Shown in pieces: positions 26,415 to 37,735 of a DNA stretch of 64,000 nt. The notes under the pieces are model-generated. The model was not told the origin of the DNA. It searched no databases and worked only from the letters and a program-made list of their open reading frames with translations. Position numbers and translations under genes: made by a program. The DNA comes from Neovahlkampfia damariscottae (lineage: Eukaryota): assembly GCA_016618085.1 (NCBI GenBank), contig JABLTG010000030.1, positions 1-64,000 on the forward strand, written 5' to 3'. Within the stretch, counting starts at the first letter, position 1, and each line of letters starts with the position of its first letter.

Positions 26415-27008
26415 ATGAGTTCACCAGATGAACCTGTTTATTTGAAGAGAGGAAAAAATAAACTTCTATTAAACAAAAAAAGTCCTAATAAACCCACTTC
26501 AATTTCAAAAAATAAAAAACTAACATACATAAAGCAAGGAGATAATAAACTAGTATTAGATCCCAAAAAAAAAATGGAAATAGGTGATCATTAAAAAAAA
26601 GGTAAAAATAAAAAACCTACAAAAATATTACCTGATATAGTTCATTTTTTAAAAGTAACATATTTTTTTTTAAAAAATCAAAAGGTGAGAAAAGAGAAAG
26701 AAAAAGAGAAAAAAGAAAAAGAGAAAGTGGTTTGTAAATATTTTCAAAAAGGAAAATGTGACAAAGGTGATAGTTGTCCATTTTTACATGAAAATAAAGT
26801 GGTGTGTAAATATTTCTTAAAAGGAAAATGTACAAATACTGAATGTACTTTCCAACATTTAAAAAAAGATGAATACGGAATTTGTTTAAAATTTTTGAAC
26901 GAAATATGTTTAGATTTAAACTGTCCTTATAAACATGAAAAAATGAGTAAAGAAAAAAAAAATACAAAACCAAAAAATGTTCCAACATTTTTGGATGAGG
27001 AAGAATAA
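26415..27008 (+). CDS. CCCH zinc-finger protein with three fingers
   Basis: CKYFQKGKCDKGDSCPFLH, CKYFLKGKCTNTECTFQH and CLKFLNEICLDLNCPYKH. The 5' exon structure from ATG 26415 is uncertain. Confidence 0.7.
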
Positions 27009-27045
27009 AAAAAAAGAATAAAAATTGTTAAAAAAAAAAAAGGTC

Positions 27046-27472
27046 TTATTTCAATTTTTTTATTGCTTTTTCCATTTTTTCATAACTTTCAGCATAATCT
27101 TCTTTTCCAGATGGCTTTTGAATTAAAACAACAGCAATTCCTCTTTTTGATTCACAAGCTTCACCTAAATTATTACGATTATCAACAAAAACACATGGAA
27201 TATCATTTTCTTCACAATACATTGGATAATGTGAAATAACATCAATTGGAGTAGTGTCTCCAGCTAATACACAAATTCTGTTATTTTTTAATTTTTTTTA
27301 TATTTTTTGTTTACCCTTTTGTTCCTTTTCTAATCATTTTGTTCACAGTTTTTGAACCATAGAAAACTTTTTTACTTTTTACTGCTTTTCCGATTGCTTT
27401 AAACATTTTTTTTGATGTATCAGAATCTAATAAAGGTTGAGCGATAACATGGACATTTGAATCTTTAGTCAT
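27046..27472 (-). CDS. NHP2: H/ACA snoRNP subunit NHP2 (L7Ae family)
   Basis: IAQPL...KMIRKGTKG|ICVLAGDTTPIDVISHYPMYCEENDIP...LGEACESKR; one intron. Confidence 0.85.
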
Positions 27473-27635
27473 TTTTGTGAACAAAAAAAGTTGTTTTCTT
27501 AAAAAGATACGATTGGTCGAAAAAATTGACCAACCAGAATGTTCATTTTTATTTTTTTCACTCCAACAAACAACCAACTTTTGATCATTCAAAAGTAAAA
27601 AATTAACCTCCAGTTTTAAAAAATGAAGTTCAAAA

Positions 27636-28918
27636 TCATTTGTTTATTTTTGAGAAATAATTCAACACTCCAAGAATTGTTGTGAGCATAAAAAATACAA
27701 TGATAAATTCATATCCTTCAGCGTCCTTTGTTTTTTTTAATTCAGCTTTAAATTTTTCATGTTGAGGAATTTGAAAAAATTGGTAAGTTTTGATCAAATA
27801 TTTCTCCATTTGAATAGACCCAACTGCAATATCACCTTTTGTTTCATTAAATCTAAATTCCAATGGTCCATTGAAGAAAATATGTCGATCATGTTGCCAT
27901 GAAAATAAACATGCACCTGCACCAATATGAAATGGATTCAACTCAATTATATAAACTTTATCTTTGCCAACAAAGAAATCAACAACAAAACTCTTATGTG
28001 GAACCAAATCTTTTACAACTTCTTCATAAAATTTAATCAATCTTTTTTTGATTTCCTGCATGTTCAAAAAATTAGATGAAATAAAAAAATTTGATACTTC
28101 TTTTTGATTTAATAAATTTGGGAATACGGTATCACAAAAGTATTGAGATACTGCATGAAGATTTTTTTCATGAACAAAACAACGAAATTCCATTTCTGGA
28201 TGATCAACAACTTCAGGTATCCACTCACGTAATATCAATTTTGATTGATAATGTTCTTTTCCAAATGATATATTCTTTGATAAATCCTCATAAACTCGAC
28301 TACTTTTGATTAATAATTCAATAGCATCTCTTGAATTTTCTATTTTCATCATTTTATTTGTTGCGATAATCAAAGCATGCCCTATTGAATTTAATTCCAT
28401 TTTATCATCTATTTTCATCATTTTCTGTATTTCATTATCAATAATTTCTTTAAAGAAGGTTGTTATTGATCATTTTTTTTTACTCTTTGATTTTTCTGTT
28501 TCAAACTCATATTGAGGAACATCTTTTGGACTTCTTGTGTTCAATTTAATAAATGCACCAAATTTAAATAGGTTTAGTTTTCCATCAATTCTTTCCATCA
28601 ACTTTTTTAATTTATTAAACTCCATTCCTTCAGTAGTTTTCTTTTTGGACATTATATACTTGTTATAACAAACAATTAATTCTTCTGCTTCTTCAAATAA
28701 TAATTCAATTTCAATACTTCTGAAAGTATACTCTGATAATTTGTCATACCAGCTATCAATGGCAAATGAATCCTTTAAAATGTAAATCTTTTTTTTTTCC
28801 CAACTTGATAATATTTTCTTCTGAAGATTTCTGCTTGAAATTCATCAATTCCCAGTTTTTTTATTTCTTCATTGGAGAGAAGGTATTCACTTTCAAATTT
28901 TTTTTCTTGACTTTTCAT
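27636..28918 (-). CDS. Cdc123/D123-like ATP-grasp protein with a C-terminal hydrophobic segment
   Basis: AFIKLNTRSPKD, ILREW, EFRCFV...AVSQY and IIELNPF motifs; several short introns. Confidence 0.75.
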
Positions 28919-29224
28919 CACAAAATTTGATTGAAAAATATCTGTGATTGGATAAATAAAAAGCAATTGTTTTCAATTCATTCTTTCCAACATGAAAATA
29001 GAATCCTTGGAAGAAATAAAAAAAACGGTTGCTAACTTTTTGATTCGTTGAAAAAAGTGAATGAACGAATGAAAACGCAAAAATTTTGGAAAGAAATGAT
29101 TTAATGTTCTCAAATTTAAAAAATAGTCTTGAACTCGAAATTCGAACTTTGAAAAAAGAACAATTGGCTAAATTTAAAAAAAAGAGACCAATCAAATTCT
29201 TTTCTTAAATCAAACCATCAACTC

Positions 29225-30001
29225 ATGACACAACCTGTAGATATTGATGTTATTAAATGCGTAGGTAAGAAAAAACAAAAAAAGTTGAAAAAAATTAGTT
29301 GTTGGTGACGGTGCTGTTGGAAAAACTTGTATTTACTTTTTTTTTTTTTTTTAATTTTAATTTTTTTTTTAAGGCCTCCTTATTACATACGTTAAAAACG
29401 AATTTCCAGCTGATTATATTCCAACTGTTTTTGACAAGTTTGTTTCCTTATTTTTAAAATGAACTCTTTCTTGTAGTTATAATGCGACTGTAGATGTAGA
29501 CGGTAAACAACAAACTTTAGGTAAAAAAATAATATCCTTAACTCCTGTATAGGACTTTGGGATACAGCTGGTCAAGAAGAATATGATCAATTGAGACCTT
29601 TATCTTATCCAGGAACAAACGTTTTCATCTTATGCTACTCAGTCGTAAGTCGTTCAAGTTATGAAAACGTTGCTGCAAAATGGGTTCCTGAATTGAAACA
29701 AAATTGTCCAAAAGTAAAAAAAGAAACAAACAATTAATATATTTCCAGACACCAATCATTCTGGTTGGAACAAAAACTGATTTAAGAAAATCAAGTTCAG
29801 AAAGTTTATCTGCACAAGATGGTAAAAATATGGCAAAAAAAATTGGTGCTTTCACTTATATGGAATGTAAAATATCATTTAATTTTTAATGTCCAACTTT
29901 TAGGTTCTGCTTACACCAGAGATGGATTAAATGATGTTTTTAATGAAGCCATTACTCTTGTTTTATATCCACCAAAAGGTGGTGGTTGCACTTTACTTTA
30001 A
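29225..30001 (+). CDS. Rho/Rac-family small GTPase
   Basis: Six introns; spliced product contains [36 protein letters not shown] and a C-terminal CAAX (CTLL). Confidence 0.95.
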
Positions 30002-30089
30002 ATTATGCTCATAAGTAAAAATATTTGTTTTTAAAAATATTTTTTTTTTTCTACCTTTTGTCTTTTTTTTATTGGTCAATTAAATTTTG

Positions 30090-31292
30090 ATGATTGGATC
30101 TGTTGTAAAATTAAGTTCAATTTTAATTTGTATTTTATCCATGCTATATTACTATAATTATTTATATGACAAAGATATTCAGGATATCAATAATTTAGAA
30201 AAGAATAAAATACCTATAGTTTATAGAGATGAATATAATATTAGATTATTAGGTTTAGAGAAGTTACATCCATTTGATACAGAAAAATTTAAAAATATTT
30301 ATAAAAGATTAATCAAAATACCAGGAATAACTCCAAAATCATTTTTTGTTCCAAAAAAAATTACCAAAAAAAAGTTATTGAATATTCATACAAAAGAATA
30401 TTTAAATTCATTAGAAAAAAAAGAGAATATCATTTCAATTGTTGAATTAGGTGCTTTAAATTATTTACCGACTTTTTTTTTGATTAGAAACTTAATAGAT
30501 CCAATAAAATATGCTTCACAAGGAACTATAATGTCAGGTAAATTTATATTATAAATTAATTGTACTATATAACAGGAGAACTAGCTTTACATTATGGCTG
30601 GTCCATAAATTTAGGAGGTGGATATCATCATGCCTATGTAAGAAAAAAAAAAAAGTTAAACTAATTTCAGAGCGAACAAGGAGGAGGTTGGTGTTTTTTT
30701 GATGATATAATGATCTCAATAGATAATTTATTTAAATTAAAAAAAATTCAAAAAGCAATGATTATCGATTTAGGTTCGATTTCATTTTTGTTGAATTATT
30801 TAAAAAAGATGCTCATCAAGGAAATGGAATTGAAAGAGATAAATTAATACATCCAAGAAAAAAGGATATATTCATTTTTGATATGTTTAATTATTATAGT
30901 AACAGACTTAAGTTTAAAAATTTAAATTTTTAGATTATCCAAGAGATATTTATGCAACTTCAGGAATTAATATTCAAATTGATTTGAAACCTTTTACAAA
31001 AGATGAAATCTATTTAAAGAAATTGAAAAATGGTTTAACAGAATCATTTAAATTATTTAAACCTGATATTATCTTTTTTAATGGAGGTTCAGATATTTTG
31101 GAAAATGATCCACTTGGAAGATTATCAATTTCATCAGAAGGATTAATTAAAAGAGACGAAATGGTATTTGAATTTTCGAAGAGATATAAAATTCCAATTT
31201 CTTTTGTTTTATCTGGAGGTTATCAAAAAACAAATGCTGAAATTATTTTTAATTCAATCACTAATTTAAAAAAAAAATTCAATTTATTTTAA
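30090..31292 (+). CDS. HDAC11: Class IV histone deacetylase, HDAC11-like
   Basis: GLEKLHPFD, NLGGGYHHA, IIDLDAHQGNG, GSDILENDPLG, RDEMVF, LSGGY; four introns. Start could instead be ATG 30141. Confidence 0.85.
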
Positions 31293-31446
31293 TGTTTCAA
31301 ATTCATTTTTCCACCTTTGAAAAATTAAAATAATTCCGATCCATTTCCACAATTGAAGCTTCTAAATAAGTCTCCAATTTGGATAGACAAAAAGAATAAT
31401 TTCTTCATTGGGAAGACAACAAAAAAAAAGAAAATGCAAGAAAAAT

Positions 31447-32126
31447 TTATAAAATTAAGAAAGCAAAAGCAAATACTGAAACTAACCCGTAAAATGCAAC
31501 TGAAGCAGCTCCTGAACAAGTAAGTTTGACACTAGCTTGATTGATAGTGTAACATTTTTTATCTTCAACAACAGCTTTTGTTCCTGTTCCTGAACAAGTT
31601 TTTGAGTTTTTGTATGTTACACTTGTAACGTTTGTTCCTGAGCAACTGTATTTGACACCATCATTTCCGTTTGAGTCAACACCACAAACGTCAACTGGGA
31701 AGTTTAATGTGAATCCAACTTTGTCTGCAGCACATCCAGTTGCTGTGTAGAAGTCACTTTTGATGTAATTTCCTGAAACAGGAGCTTTTGTGCAGTAGTA
31801 TTTTAATCCTGAAGTACATTCACCAATTTCTAAAAAAGACGTTAAAAAAAGTTGTTCTTACTAATTGTTCCTGTACCAGCAGCATTGTTACAACTTGTAT
31901 CTGAGTACGCAGAAAGAACGATGTGTGTTGAGTTACATTTAGCTTTGATTGATTTTCCTTGAAAAGCGTCACATTGGGTACCGTCGTTTTTCCCGTAAAA
32001 GTCAGTGCTACCGATAAAGTTAGTACAAGCATTTTCTTTGTAAGCAGCAACACTTAAAGCTACTGTTTGAGCATGAGCAGCATATAAAAATAAAGCAAAT
32101 AAAGCGATGAAAAGTCTTGTGTTCAT
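31447..32126 (-). CDS. Secreted Cys-rich surface protein, possibly GPI-anchored
   Basis: Signal peptide MNTRLFIALFALFLYAAHA, two similar Cys-patterned repeats, hydrophobic C-terminus; one intron near 31830-31861. Confidence 0.7.
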
Positions 32127-32333
32127 TGTTGTCGTGAAAAAAACTGTTGAGCAAGAATCAGCCAATGGTATTTAATAATGTTTATTCAACCAATCATTTC
32201 ATCGATTGATGGGAATTGGGAGGGTATTTTTAGATTGACGAATGATGACTCTGTGTTGTTTTCAACGTATACATCGGGTAAATTCAACCAATCGCAGATC
32301 ATGTGTTTAACGACAAATACAATAATATCCAAA

Positions 32334-33891
32334 TTATTTGCAATGCAGACATTCAGCAACGATATTTCCATTGTTAGACTTGCATACAGAACACCTGGTT
32401 CTTCTGACACCATCAACTGCTGAAACATCCATATAGTTATGAATAATTAAAAGTTGCAAGTTCTTCAAAGTTTCTTTCGTAGTTTCTTGTTTTTGTGGTG
32501 AAACAACATAGCTCCATAAATCACCAACGAGTGACTTATCCAAAATTGATTTAGTCACAGCACTTTTCATGCACCAACTGTTATACCAACCTGAAAAGAA
32601 TAAAAAAAAAATAAAGTTTTTAACGCACCAACAGAATTTGAATTTTGTAAACTTTTCACAATAGGAACCATTTCTTGATATAATTTAGGTATATCTATTA
32701 ACCTTGTTATAGGTTGACTTTTGTAGGATTCTGTGTTGCATAAAACTGTCGAAAACCCACAATATGGATTTGGTCGAATATTAAAATTACCCATTCCTAA
32801 TAGTTTTATAAAAGGTTCAAGCATTGATCCAATACTTGCAGGATAAAAGTCATTAACTAAAATCTCATCATTTGAAGAAGTTTGAATTAACTTTAAGACT
32901 AAAAATTGTTGTGTTAAAAAGAGTTCTTTTACCTTCCATTGGGTCAAGATTATTCTCTTCAGTTTTTTCAAATTTTTGTTCCATTTTTTTAAATTGTGTC
33001 ATAATTTGTTTTGGTGTTCTTTGAACATCTATAATAATAAATCTAATGAATCCATATAACTTTCTTAACAATTCAAGTATTTTTGATAAATCTGGAAAAG
33101 GTCTGCTGATTGAAAGAGTAACTACAACTTGTAAATCTGATATATCCTTCAATGTTTGAAATAATGATTCAAGTTCTTTACAATTTGAATCTTCATTCTC
33201 CTTTTCAACAAACATTCTAAAATTAAAATTGTTTTTTAAACTTACTTTACACTTGGATGTATACGTCTATTCAATAAAATTGAATCTTCTAACATTGAAA
33301 TTTCTGCTAATCTTTCAAATGTCAATTCAACTAAAATTGGATTTTTCAAAAAAATTGATAAAATAAATCTGATCTTTGCATTCAATTTTTTGATGTCCTT
33401 TGTTAAATTTCCACTTATTTTCAAAAGAAACTAATAATATATATCATTAAAAATTTTGTTCACATACATTTTTATCTTTTTTCATTTTTTTTTGAAAGAT
33501 TTGAATATGTTTTTTTATTTCTTCATCTGACATAAAATCACCATTTTCAAATATTGATAGTTCAGCTATTAAAGGTGTGTTCAAAAATTTCTTCTCTTCA
33601 TAATGAATTTGTTTATCCAAATCTTCAATATCAAATTTTGAAGGAGTTTCAAAAATTTCTGGATTATAAGCCAGAATTTTTCTAAATGATTTTGCTGATG
33701 AACATTGAAACGTTTCTTGTTTTCCATGACTTTGACAACTATCGGAGAATTAATTTTTTTTTTTCAAACTCTGAGATTAACCATACCTCTTCGTTTTTTT
33801 CAACATATTCTGCTTGAATCCAGTTCATTTCTTTCTTATCTATGAATGAACAAATTGGACAAATTGAAAATGTCTTTTGAATCACTTCCAT
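32334..33891 (-). CDS. Degenerate tetraether-synthase (Tes/GDGT-MAS, MJ0619-family) radical-SAM-like protein lacking CxxxCxxC
   Basis: Five GT-AG introns give one continuous ORF with TFSICPIC...CQSHG, DFYP, PYCG, PITRLID and HNYMD...RRTRC...EC motifs. Confidence 0.65.
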
Positions 33892-33951
33892 TGAAAAACC
33901 TCGACTTGAAGAATAAATTTAATTGGACAATGATTTTCTGGATTAAAATGT

Positions 33952-34512
33952 TTATTTTTCTTCAATTTCAAATACTTTCATAATATCTTCAATTTCTTTT
34001 TTCTTTTTTTTAATCTCCATTTCCAGTTTGTAACGTACATTTTCATTTGCAAAAATTGAAGAACCAATTAGAACTTTAATTGACTCTTTACATTCAGATC
34101 TTTTAGTTTCTGCTAATTCTGTCAATTTTATTTTATCACTTTCTTCAGTTTCAGTCAGATAAAATTTTTTCAAAATTGTAAATTGAGCTATTTGAGTCTC
34201 CAAAACTCTTTTTGCAATTTTTAATTTTTTTTCTTGTTCTTTTTCTATAATTGTGATTTCATCTTGTTCACTTGAACTCTCAAAAAAACTGTTTACGTAT
34301 TTTGTTGCTTCCACAAGTGAACTTCTTCTCTTTTTATTTGGGTTTGGGTTTGAAACTAAAGGAGTTGTTTCTCTAATTTCATACAAATCGTATAAGCTAT
34401 CTTTGTTGAGGTTTATAAATTCATCTTTGTCTTCTTTGGTGAAGTTATCAAAATCTAAAGAATCTAAGTTTGATTGAGCAAGTGCATCAGCCACTTTGGT
34501 GAATAAACTCAT
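33952..34512 (-). CDS. Hypothetical coiled-coil protein
   Basis: 186-aa intronless ORF with an upstream CCAAT at 34521-34525; no recognised domain. Confidence 0.6.
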   Translation of the reverse strand: MSLFTKVADALAQSNLDSLDFDNFTKEDKDEFINLNKDSLYDLYEIRETTPLVSNPNPNKKRRSSLVEATKYVNSFFESSSEQDEITIIEKEQEKKLKIAKRVLETQIAQFTILKKFYLTETEESDKIKLTELAETKRSECKESIKVLIGSSIFANENVRYKLEMEIKKKKKEIEDIMKVFEIEEK

Positions 34513-34604
34513 GGTTTGTGATTGGTGGAATATTTCGTTTGACAGGAAAATAATTTATTGATTTACATTTTAAGGATAAACGAAAAAAGGGATCATTTGT
34601 AATA

Positions 34605-36550
34605 CTATGGAAATTCTTCTGAAAGACCTTTTCTTTTTCTAATTTTCATGATAGTCGTTCTTGCAATACCTTCTGAAAATGATTCTCCAATGATTTGCCA
34701 ATGTTAGCAGAAAGATTCTGAAAAAGCTATTCCAGATGTTTTAATATCTAAATTCTCATAAAATCTATAGATTCAATTACAGGCATGTAGTGATGTAATG
34801 ACTGACGTCTTGATAGGAACATCTTCAATAAGAATATCCCTTCGTTTACCAAGAACACCATGAACATCTTTTGTTTTGTCAACTAGAATATTTGTACCAT
34901 CTACATCAGGTCCAAAACACTAAATTTTCTTTCCATTTTCAATTTCCCATTCAAATTTATTTTTCAATAAATTTCTTTGGATTTCGTTTGGTTGCATCTG
35001 CTAAATTGTGAAAAACAATCTCTGCAGAATCTTCACAAGCAATTTGAACATCAGGGATTGCATGAACAATATTTTTAAATTCTTCACAAACACGGGCAAA
35101 TCTTTTGGATCATTTGGAGACTTTCACCAATGACTTGATAGTTGAATCTTATGGCAAAAAAAATGGATAAGCCTCAGAACGTACATCAATAATAGTAACT
35201 TGATTCAGGATATATTGATCAATTCCTGAAATTACACAAAAATTACCAAATGGGATTTCATCTAAATCTTCAAATATTCTTGTTGGAAGAAGAATTTCAA
35301 TCATTGACTTGCTTTCCCATAAATCTTCTTTCTTTCCAGGACAGTAGGATTTTCCAAGTATTGTTATTTTTGAATTTGATTTTAATGTTCCGGAGAACAC
35401 TCTTCCAAAGGCCATGTATTTACTCTTTTCATTAGATGGAACCATTTTGGAAATATATACCATTAAAGGAGCTTGTGGATCACAACTTTGAATCCCCTTT
35501 GCATAAATATCCTTCAAATCTCCAGTATAAATATCTCGAAAACGAAGAGCTTGAGATATTTTTGCTGATGGAAGATGTATTACCATCATTTCTGATATAC
35601 TATCGGAAATTGGTAAAAATTGTTGCATAATTGTCATAAAAAGTATTTTTTCTGGCAATTTCTTTTGTTCTGATGTTATTTCAATTCCAATTTTTGAAAG
35701 TAATTTTTCTAATGTTTTTAAGTCTTTGGATTGACTACATTTGAATAATTTTTGAATTGGACCAAGAATAAAGTGACAAAATCCTCTTGGTAACTCTTCT
35801 CCATCCTTTGTTTTTGGATTTTTAGTCCATTTTTTTGTTTTAGAATCGTAGTAATTGTCACCCCATAGTTTGGACATTAGAGTTGATTCTTCAATATCAA
35901 ATTTTTTAGAATACATTCGTGCAAATGTTTTTAAACTGAAACCCCATTTATGGAGTGCAGAGCCAAAATAAACGTTTCCAATTTCAGCTTTCACATTTTT
36001 TTGGAAAAATAATTATCTTCATACTTTGAAATTACTTCATTAACTGATTCAATCGCTCTCACAAAATTTTGATACATTTCTTCTAATTCTAAATTTAAGT
36101 CTATGAAATATCTATCAATTTTATTGAGCATTAAAACAGGTGTTAAATGTTCAATCATTGCAAAGCGTAAATCACCTTCTGTGTTCATACAAAAGCCTTC
36201 AACAACATCTAAAACAACTAAAGCACCATCAGAAGTGTGAAGTGAACTTGTTATTCCTTTTGTAGAAAAATCACTAATGTCTTTTTCTAGCTTTGTTAAA
36301 TTTATCATGTGTAATGTTTCTTTGTTTCCAGATATTTCTTTGTATATATTGGTCTAGTTGTTCCAGGTACAATGAAATTTCTTTTTTTTTTATTTTCTGT
36401 GATGATCCCTGAAGATTGAACTAAAGTGTCTTGTAATGCTGATTTTCCATGATAAACATGTCCAATAATCATCACTTTACGTATAAAGTTAGCGTCTTTT
36501 ACCACTTGATTTAATTTTTTGGTGCTGAGGTTTGATATCTGTTTTTCCAC
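34605..36550 (-). pseudogene. Elongation factor 2-like pseudogene
   Basis: EF2 similarity (DGALVVLDVVEG, NKIDR, FGSALHKWGF, LMVYISKM, AFGRVFSG, CFGPD, HWQI, IRKRKGL), but GTG at the start position, frameshifts near 36340 and 35995, in-frame TAG at 34920-34922, further stops and large deletions. Confidence 0.8.
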
Positions 36551-36570
36551 TCTAAAATAAACGTTGTTTT

Positions 36571-36594
36571 ATTGGCGGAAAAATGTCAACCAAT
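36571..36594. promoter_or_regulatory. Divergent CCAAT-box pair (ATTGG-N14-CCAAT)
   Basis: Lies between the EF2-like locus and the metallophosphoesterase, each box facing its own gene. Confidence 0.6.
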
Positions 36595-36607
36595 TGATTT
36601 CTGCCAA

Positions 36608-37573
36608 ATGTTTTTTGAAAACTTGAAGAGTATTGTGTTGATACTTCTAAGTTGGTTCAATTATTTCTTTCTTTCAAAATTAGACGTTGAAAGAGTCCAG
36701 ATTAAAACAAAAAACCTTCCAAAAAATTTAAAGAACTTTAAATTTATTCAAATTTCTGATTTACATTTTGATGGAAGAACAACAAAAGAGTATGATAGAC
36801 TCAGTGAAAAGTTATTAAAAGAAATGGTCGAAAAAATTAATCAAGAAAAAAATGTTGAAGTCATCTTTATCACCGGAGATTTTATTGAAAAAGAAATGGA
36901 CAATATTGACATTTTAATAAAATATTTAAAACAATTAAAATCAAATTATGGTATTTATGGTTGTTTAGGAAACCATGATTACAAGAGAAACCACAAAAAA
37001 TTGAGCAATATTTTGATAGAGAATGACATCAATATTTTAATCAATGAACAATACAATGAAATACCAAATTTAGAAATCATTGGATTACATGATTATTATT
37101 TTCATGAATTCTCTGAATTTAAAGAAATGGATTTCATTAATGAAGAGAATGAAAATTTTAGAATAGTATTATCTCATAATCCTAACTCATATGATAAATT
37201 GAAACAATATCCATTTCATTTAATGTTATCTGGACATAGGTAATTTCTATTTTCTTTTTGAAATTCAAGTCATGGTGGTCAAATTTGTTTTCCATTTCCT
37301 TCAATTGTAAATTTGAACGGTCAAAATTATCCAGTTTTGGCATTTGTAAAATATTTGATAGATTTCTTTCCAAAGTATTCAATTATTGAAATTGTTTGGA
37401 GATATGCTTCTTTGGTTAAATGGAAATACTCAAAAGGTTTATTCAAAAATGATGAAAAAATAGAATCATATTATTCAAGAGATTTATATACAAATAGAGG
37501 TATAGGAAGTCATCCACCAACAAGACTTAATTGTAATTCAGAAATTACGGTGTTCACATTGAACAATAATTAA
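36608..37573 (+). CDS. Calcineurin-like metallophosphoesterase (YkuE-like)
   Basis: SDLH, TGD, GNHD, LSHNP, SGHSHGGQ (across an intron) and NRGIG...R...EI motifs. Confidence 0.85.
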
Positions 37574-37735
37574 AAAATGAAAAATTTGATTCAAATCTTC
37601 TAAAATCACAAACCAATTCTTCAATCATTTTTCTGCTATTTTCTTTTGTTAAAATTGTGAAGTTTGGTGAAAAACCTTCTATTTTATTTGATTGGTTGAA
37701 TAAATTTTGGAAGTTGACAAATCCATTCAAAAAAA

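Noticed and set aside
26584..26640. Readthrough TAA or an 18-nt intron in the CCCH gene
   Set aside because: A 57-nt GT-AG intron (26584-26640) or a homopolymer error also removes the stop, so nothing exotic is required.
34338..34353. Internal TTTGGG repeats
   Set aside because: They encode NPNPN within an ORF.
34605..35150. Stop-codon reassignment suggested by in-frame TAG/TAA in EF2-like sequence
   Set aside because: The same locus has frameshifts and deletions, and intact genes (including the 15-kb exon) have no internal stops. A pseudogene explains it.
35990..36370. Programmed frameshift at an A7 run, or a 17-nt intron, in the EF2-like gene
   Set aside because: Far below the observed intron size range, and the downstream region is disabled anyway.
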